NCBI GenBank assembly: GCA_041689265.1
Contig: JBDNGP010000045.1
Span: 1,029 to 65,028 of the forward strand
Direction of reading: 5' to 3'
Origin: Verrucomicrobiota bacterium
GTDB taxonomy: Bacteria; Verrucomicrobiota; Verrucomicrobiia; Limisphaerales; RI-55
Length of the DNA stretch: 64,000 nt
The notes under the pieces were generated by a model. It ran no database searches and had not been told where the DNA came from. It saw nothing but the letters and a program-made list of their open reading frames with translations. Positions 18,078 to 27,000 of the stretch are shown here, one piece after another. The first letter of the stretch is position 1, and each line of letters opens with the position of its first letter. A program made the position numbers and the translations under genes.

Positions 18078-21000
18078 ATGACCGAAAACCAAACAACCAA
18101 CACGAGCCGCCACGAACAACACGTCGATCCGGGTGCCATTCTGGCCGGGGCCGAGGACTACGTCGTGGTGCGCATGTCCGCGGAGTTTCCCGCATATGAG
18201 ACGCACTCCGATGTGGACTTGCTGTGCGGCGATCCGTTAAAAATACTGGGCCACATTCTGCGCCGGGCAAAGACCTACGAAGACCGTGGATTCAAAGTGG
18301 AAGTTTCGGCAACCGGGTGGCAGTTGCACGTCGATTTTTTTCCCCCGAAGGCCAATCGACTGGATTTTCGTTTCGATCTGATCGGCGGTTTTGAATCGTT
18401 TAACAAGGTTTCGATTGCGCCGGATTACGTGACCGCGATCTTGAACCGCAAACGGAAGGTGACCCGGGACGGCCGCACGTTTCTGATCCCCGACGAAGCG
18501 GATGATCTGGCGCTGCGACTTCTGGAATATGCAGAGAACATCGACTCCCGTCCCGACAAGGTAAAGCATCTGAAGTTCGTCCAAAGTGCTTCGAATCTCG
18601 GTTATGTTGACCGGCTCAGAACGTTCACCAATCTGGAGGTGACGAGATCGGGTGAAACCATTTCTTGCTCGATCAAACCGATCAGGGCCGAGTCCGTGAA
18701 ACCGGATTCACGAGGCGCGAACGATTATTATCAGCTTTCAAAAACATGCCAGGTGCCGGATCTGGCGGTGTGTTACGAATCGTTGTTCGGCCGCAGAAGC
18801 AACGGCCGCTTCGTGGAAGTCGGCGCGTTTGATGGCGAGTATGTGAGCAATACGAGCGGACTGGCGGACCAGGGCTGGACAGGGCACTACATTGAGCCGG
18901 TCCCTCAATCCGCCGAAAAATATCGCGTCCGTCATGCGAACAATCCGCATGTCACGGTTTCCAACTGCGCGATTGGTGCCCGCCGGGAACGCATCCAAAT
19001 GCACGTGGGTGGTCCCCTCTCGACCGCGATCGCGGCCATGCGAAATCATTTTGAAACGCTGTCGTGGGCAAAGGGGACATTTCAGAATGGTGAAACCGTC
19101 GAGGCCGAGCAGTTTACGCTGAACGAGTACCTGACCGCCGAAAAAATCGAGCCGGGATTTGATCTCATGGTCATCGATATCGAAGGTGGCGAGTGGGCCG
19201 CCCTCGAGCCGTTCGATATCGCGCACTGGCAGCCGCAGATGGTCATCATTGAACTGCACGATCAGAATCAGGATTACACTGTGATCCACGACCAATGTGC
19301 GAAACTGGTGCGATACTTTGAGCAGCGCGATTATCTCCCGATTTTTAAGGACTCCACCAACACCGTGTACGTCCGGCGCAAAAAGTTGATGACGCGGTGT
19401 GAACGCATGGATTACCTGATGGTCTGGGGCCACGGTCTCGCCCATACAGACGAGATCATGAACATGATTCGAATCCGTCGTGAGCTGGAAATCATTGCCG
19501 TTCACAAGAAGCAGATCGAGGACATGCCACAGTTCGTGGAGGATCTCTATGCGTGTGACACGGTTCCGTACGAACATCTCCAGGAGAAAACCAAGTATCT
19601 GCTGACCATTCCACAGGACGCGCTTTTCATTCTCGTTCGCAACCACAACGCGCAGGAAAAAATGTACGGTGATGGCGAGTTCCGGCACATCCAGTGCGCC
19701 CTTATCAAGGACGTGAAGGAAGAGGTGCGCAACGCCTTCAATCCGCGTTTGAACGGCAAACGTACCGAGGACCACGTCATCCACGGTTCGGATTACGAAA
19801 GCCATGTTGTCCATGCGTTGCAGGTCTTTGGCCTGCCAACAATGGAGCACTATCTCCGGCAACCGAACAGCCGCTTCAATCTGCCCTATCATCTCGAACC
19901 GTTTGAAGCCTGCCAGGTAATCGATGTGCCGCTGAAACAACTGCGAGCTCGAATTCTCGGGCGCGGGTCAGTGCCGATCGACCAGACCCCGCATTTCGAC
20001 TACGTCACCGGCGATTCAGCGAGTTATATCAACTACCACCACCAACATCTTGGAGTGGCGTTGACGGATGACCATTTTCCGGCTGCGTTCGATCGTTTGA
20101 TCAACGAGTTTGATTTTAATTTTGATGTCGGTTCCGCCAAGCCCGGCCATCCCGTCGTGCGCCGCGACACTGATGGTAATTTTGTGCTTCAGGACGGAGT
20201 TCATCGGGCCGCCATTCTGTGCGCTGGCGCTGTCCCCTCGGTGCGCGTGATAGAAATTCTTCCCGCGCTGCAGCCGCTGCCTCTGGCCGCCGTGATTTTC
20301 AGCAAAGATCGCGCGATGCAACTGGATGCCACGCTGCGTTCGCTCCATCTGCACTGTCCGGACGCAACGTCCGCCAAACTCGGCGTGCTCTACACCACGT
20401 CGTCAGAGCAGCACGCCGCCCATTACGAGGTGCTCAAGAGTGTGCATCCTGGGGTGAACTTTGTTCGCGAGCGGGATTTCCGGGATGATTTGCTGAAACT
20501 GCTTGGAAGCGCAGCGCACGTGTTGTTCGCGGTGGATGACTGTTTGTTCGTCCACAATTTCCGTATGTCGGAAGTCTTGGAACAGCTCGGTCGCAATCCG
20601 GCCGCCCTCGGTTTCTCCCTACGGCTGGGTCGCAACACGAACTATTGCTATTCTTTCGATCACGCACAGCGGTCACCCGAATTTCAAACCATCAACAACA
20701 GCGTTCTCAAATTCCGCTGGTCCGGTGCGGAGTATGATTTCGGTTATCCGCTCGAAGTTTCCAGTTCCGTCTATCGGACGGCGGACCTGCTGCCGTTGCT
20801 GACGGAACAGAGCTTCCGCAGTCCGAACACGCTCGAAGCGATGCTTTCCGAAAACGCCGGACAGTTTGCCTCGACCCACCCGGAACTGCTCAGTTTTTCG
20901 CAATCCGCCGCGTTTTGCGCACCGCTGAACATGGTGCAGTCCGAGTGCCCAAATCGCGCCGGTGAAGCGGGTGAAAATTCTCCGGATGAACTCGCGCAAC

Positions 21001-24000
21001 GTTTCGCCAACGGAGATCGCATCGATCTGGCGTTCACTTTCGGATTCACGCCCGGTGCCTGCCATCAGGAAGTGCCTCTCCAGTTCACCTCGGATCGGGT
21101 CACCCAGGTCCAACCTTTGCTTTCGAAGAAAACGCACTCGTACGGTTCCATCGGTCACCGCCTCATGCGTAGAACAATTCCCGTTTCGCGCAAACGAAAA
21201 TGGCAGAGTGCGATCCCGGACGAGGTTGCGTTTTGGAATCAATACATCTCCACGCGAGGAGGCGGACGCTGGGAAAAGGAACTTGAATTCCGCCTGCGTC
21301 CCGACACGGATCTGCAATCCTACGTTACGCAAGGGGTCGAAATTCCGTCCGGCGGCACGCTGCGTTTGTTGGATGTTGGCGCCGGCCCCATTTCGTTTCT
21401 CGGAAAGCGTTGGGCTGGACGCACGGTGGAACTGACCGCCGTCGACCCCCTGGCCGAGCACTACCACGAGATTCTTGATCGTTGCGGCGTGAAACCTCCG
21501 GTTCCGACGGAACTGGCAGCAGGGGAAACGCTCACGAGCCGTTTCGCGTTGAATCACTTCGACGTCGTGCATGCGCGCAATTGCATCGACCACAGCCTTG
21601 ACGCGCCGCAGGCCGTCGACCAGATGCTTGGGATCACCAAACCGGGTGGCTGGGTCATGCTCGAACACGGCATTTGTGAATCCAATGCCAACAATCAGAG
21701 CGGCCTTCATGGCTGGAATTTTTTTGCCGAAAATAATGATTTTATCATCGAAGCTGCGGGTGGCGAACGGGTGAACGTGACGCGGCGTTACGCCGGAGTT
21801 GCGGAAGTTACCTGCGTCGTCGATGCGAAAAGGAACTGGATCTCCGTTCGCATGCAGAAACGAGTGTCCACGTTGGCCGCCGACAACCGCCCGGTGGTTT
21901 CCGTGGTCGTTCCTTGTTACAATCAAGCGGAGTATCTGCCGGATGCAGTGGAGAGCGTCGCCAAACAGACGTTCAGGGATTTTGAGATCGTCATTGTCGA
22001 CGACGGGAGTCCGGACAATACCGTCGAGGTCGCGCGCCAGTTGGCTGCCCGTCACTCCGATTGCCACATCTCGATCGTCAACAAGCCGAACGGTGGCCTC
22101 GCCGATGCCCGTAACGCCGGCATTCGTGCAGCACGCGGTCAATATATTTTACCATTGGATTGCGACGACAAGATCTCAACAGATCATCTCGCCAAGACCG
22201 TTGCGTTTCTCGAGGCCAACCCCAAGGTGGCCATCGTCGGGACGTTCCGCCAGGACTTTGGCGCAGCCACTGGCGTCGTGCAGGCGGTGCACTACAACCT
22301 CGCTGAGATCCTGCAGGGCAACCGCAACAGCTACTGCTCACTCTATCGCCGTGACGTGTGGGAGGCCGTCGGCGGCTACCGGACGGACATGGTGCCGGCT
22401 GGTTACGAGGACTGGGATTTTTGGATTGGTTGTGCTGAACGTGGTTGGTTCGCGAGCATCCTGCCCGAACCGCTTTTCCATTATCGAGTGAAGGCCGAGA
22501 GCATGTTCACCGAAGCCGCGGAACACGATGACGAACTGCGCGCGCAGATTGCTCTGAATCATCCGAAGCTGTTTACCGCAGATCAACTTGCCGACGCGAA
22601 CCGCTGCCTGGCCGGAATGAAAACTTCGTTGGATGGAACTTCCACTCCCGTTGCCGATAAATCCGAACGGGCAAAAACAGCGTCGCCCAACGATCCGTTA
22701 GACGCGCTTGAAAAGATGATCAAAGAAGCACTGTCGATCAATCCGGACGGGATCGAAGCCCTCCAGTTGCTGGCCGCGCTGCACATTCAGCGCAAAGACT
22801 GGCATGCCGGAGCGCAGGCGGGGCAACGCCTGTTCAAGCTTGATCCCGACGGCGTCAAGTCACTCATGCTGCTCGCCCAATGCCTGCTTGGCGGTGGGGA
22901 CGGCGAGACTGCCATAATGATATTTCAACGGGTTCTGGCAATCGAACCTCAGAACGAACTCGCCGGGGCGTGCCTGGCCGATCTCACTGAGCCGGATGCG
23001 GAACCTTCCAATACGGAGGAAGCTTTTGGGCAGGCTGAACGTAATGTTCGCCGGGTGTTGAGCCTTGAGCCGGACAATGTGGATGCTCACCGTTTGTTGA
23101 CCGGTATTCTCGCCGGTCAGAGCCGATGGGCGGAGGCGATCGAATCAGGCAACCGCGTGTTGGCTGCCGAAACGAACGACGTCGACACCCGCGCGTTGGT
23201 GGCGAAATGTCATTGGGAGACGGGGGCCCGCACTACGGCTGAACTATTGTTTGAGGAAGTGCTCGAAACGGATCCAACCAACACAATTGCGTGCGAATGG
23301 CAGGCGGGATTGAATGATTCTGAAGCTGGCGTTCCCGTCGCGACGCCTGCCCGTACGGCCGAACTGCCGAAGCCCGGGAAGAGGTTTCCCGAATCAAAAC
23401 TGGCCCATCAATATTTGGACGGTCTGGAGGGGCTGGAAATCGGCGGCAGTGCGCACAATCCGTTTGGACTGAACAGTCGGAACGTGGACTACACCGCCGA
23501 TCTCGCGACGGTCCACAAGCTCGAAGAAGTAAAGATCTGCGGTGAGGCGCTGCCAGTTGACATCGTCGCTCCAGGCGATGTATTGCCGGTGGCTGAGGGT
23601 TCGCAGGATTTCGTCATTTCTTCGCATGTCATCGAACACTTTTTTGATCCGATCAAGGCGATCAAGGAATGGCAGCGTGTGGTTCGGCCGGGTGGATACG
23701 TTTTCATAATCGCGCCGCACAAGGAACGAACGTTCGACAAGGAACGTTCGCGAACGCCGCTGGCCGAACTTCTCGATCGCCATAACGGAATCATTTCCCC
23801 GCCGGCTGTGGATACCCATCATCACTACACGGTTTGGACCCCGGAAGACCTGCTGGAGGTATGCCGGCATTTTGACTGGAACGTCGTGGAGTTTCACGAT
23901 GCGGACGACAAGGTCGGCAACGGTTTCACGCTGGTCATCCAAAAAGCGCCCAAACCCGCTGAACAGGCTTTCAAGGTCAATCCCGTTGATGACGTGCCTC

Positions 24001-27000
24001 GAGAAAATGCGACGTCAGGGAAAGATCATTCAAGATCGATCGGTGTGCCAGATGAACTGCCGAAGGTTTCGGTCATCGTTCCCACCTTCAACCGTCTGGA
24101 TCGCCTGCCAGTCGCATTGAAAAGCATTCTTGCCCAGACGTTCCGGGATTTCGAAATCGTCGTCGTCAACGATGCGGGCGAGGACGTCACCGACGTTGTT
24201 TCCGCGCTCCAACATGACGGGCGCATTCGTGTCATCACGCACCCGGAAAACAAGGGGCTCGCGGCCGCCCGGAACACCGGCATCCAGGCCGCCCGCGGCA
24301 AATACATCGCCTACCTCGATGACGATGACCGGTTTTACCCGGACCACCTTCAAACGCTGACGGGCTTTCTCCGCGACCACCCGGGAACCGTCGCCTACAC
24401 GGATTCTAATCGGGCTCACGAGAAGAAAATCAACGGGCAGTGGCAGGTCACGCGCCGCGATGTGGCCTACGCCCAAGACTGGGACAACGACAAGATCCTC
24501 ATTGATAATTTTGTTCCGGTCTTGTCCTTCATGCACGAGAAGTCATTGCTGGAAAAATCCGGTGAATTTGACGAGACGCTTCGCCGGCATGAGGACTGGG
24601 ATTTATGGATCAGGCTGTCGCGGCATTTTGACTTCGTGCGCATCCCCAGGGTCACGTCCGAGTTCTCCTGGCGTGACGATGGAACGTCCATGACCGGGCA
24701 GAGCCAGTCTCTTTTCTTGGAGACAATGCGGCGTATTCACACCAAGTACGCGGAATTCGCTGGGGGACGCCCTTATCTCCTGGAGGCACAAGAGCTCGCA
24801 CGGGAAGAACTGACCCGGACCAGCGACGCCGAACCGAAGTTCAAGGTCGGTTTCATGACGCTGGATCCGAAAGTCACAGCATGCGCCTACCTGAGACTTA
24901 CCGCACCGCTCGACCATCTTCATCGTCGCGGGCAGATTGAGCACCTTTCGGTGTGTGATTTCGTAGAGGATCAGTTGACCACGAACGATGAGAACTTGCG
25001 GAAAGTTCAAGTACTGGTCGTGCAGCGTGGCATGGCGGCCGGCATCCCTTACGACGTGATGCGAAAGGCGTTCCCGCCTTCAGTCCGCATCGTTTTTGAG
25101 CTTGATGACGCATTGACACTTCTTCCGCCCAATCACGGCGCGTTTGACTATTTTCAATCCGTCCGCCCACAACTCGAGGAGTATCTGCGCAAAGCGGATC
25201 TGGTGACGGTGTCGACGCCGAAGCTGAAGGAGTTGTACTCGGGTTTTAATGATCACATAGAAGTGCTGCCCAACGCGATTGATACCCAGATCTGGAAACC
25301 ACAAGCGCCGCGACCCGTTGACGGTGAAAAGATCAGAATCCTGTTCAGCGGTACGTTGACGCATCAACACGATCTGGCGCTGGTCGAGCAGGCGATCGAA
25401 CGCATTGCGCTTGAGTTTTCCGAGCGAGTGGAATTCCTATTCTGGGGAAACATTCCAAACAATTTACGGCATCTACCTCAGATCAAATCGATTGCGGAAT
25501 TTACCAACGACTACCGAACCTACGCGCAACGGCTGCAAGCGATGCCGATTGATCTCGCGCTGGTTCCGCTCGAGGAGACAACATTCAATCGTGCGAAGTC
25601 GGCGATCAAATGGCTCGAATACTCGGCCTGCCGAATTCCGGCCATCTTCACCGATATCGACGCCTACAATCAAACTGTCGAGCACGGCATCAGCGGCTGG
25701 CTGGTTCCCAACTCCAGTGATGCGTGGTATGGCGCTATGAAGCGTCTGGTCCTGGATGATTCGTTGCGTTTGCGCATCGGTGAGACCGCGCACAAAACGG
25801 TGATGAGGGAGCACACTCTCAAACAGCTGGCACCACTCTGGGTGAAATCCTACGAGAAGGCATTGCGGCGTTCCGTGAGAAAGGCGGTCAAAAAGACTCT
25901 GCCAGTTTCAATTGTCATCCCGACGTTTAACAATCTTCATCTGACGCGCCGGTGCCTGGACTCCGTTCTGTGCAATACGCCGCAAGGTCAGTTCGAACTC
26001 GTGGTTGTGGACAATGGATCCACCGACGGAACGGTTCCGTTTCTCAGTGAGATGCAGAAACACGGTCGGCTTCGGTTGATCAGCAACCTAAAGAATCACG
26101 GCTTTGCGCACGCCTGCAATCAAGGCGCCGCCGCAGGGCAGGGAGACCACGTTCTCTTTCTGAACAACGATACCGTCGTGACCACCGGCTGGATCGGAGC
26201 CCTCCTGGAAACCGCCAACAGGCATGATGTGGGTGCGGTTGGAGCCAAACTCCTTTATCCCGACGGCACCATTCAACACGCTGGGATCGGTTGGATCAAT
26301 GGCGTTCCAGATCACCCGATGCGTCATCAACCGGCGAATCATCCGGAAGCCAATCAATTTCGTGAACTCGACATGGTGACCGGCGCGTGCCTGCTGGTTC
26401 CACGCAAACTGTTTGTTCAACTGGGTGGATTCGATGAGATCTATCGCAACGGTGTGGAGGATATCGATTTGTGTCTCCGCATCCGCGTCGCCGGCCACAA
26501 AGTGGTTTATCAACCGGGAGCCGTGGTGTTCCATCATGAGGGCAAATCCTCCGGCCGCTTTGACCATGTGTCAGAGAATCTTCAAAAGTTCGCCGAACGA
26601 TGGAAGGGTCGCTTTGACAACGATTATCGATTTCTGTTGCCGAAGAAGGGGCAGACGATGCGTGCAAAAATCAGCGTTCTCAATCCCGCCGCCGGAAAGA
26701 GAGATTCAGCCGCCTCTGATCATAAAGTTAAGATCAACTGGTGCGGATCATTTTTTGACTACGGCAGTCTGTCGAATATCAACCGGGTGCTGACGGATGC
26801 TTTGGAAGAGCAGGGGACAAATGTCTCGCGGGTGCAAACTCACGATCTTGATGCCAAGCCGCCGAAAGCGTTGCGCGTGTATCGTCGCAAACTGGCGGCG
26901 GAAGCGAACGCCGATGCGGCGTTAACCGTGCGTCACGCGTGGCCGCCGGACTGGTCGCGTCCGGTGAACGGAAAACTCGCTGTGATTCAACCGTGGGAGT

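Noticed and set aside
18738-22142. 400-aa and 489-aa minus-strand ORFs (18738..19940, 20673..22142) inside the giant gene
   Set aside because: They are antisense to regions with clear FkbM, SAM-MT and GT2 motifs on the plus strand, and they have no motifs of their own. They are shadow ORFs.
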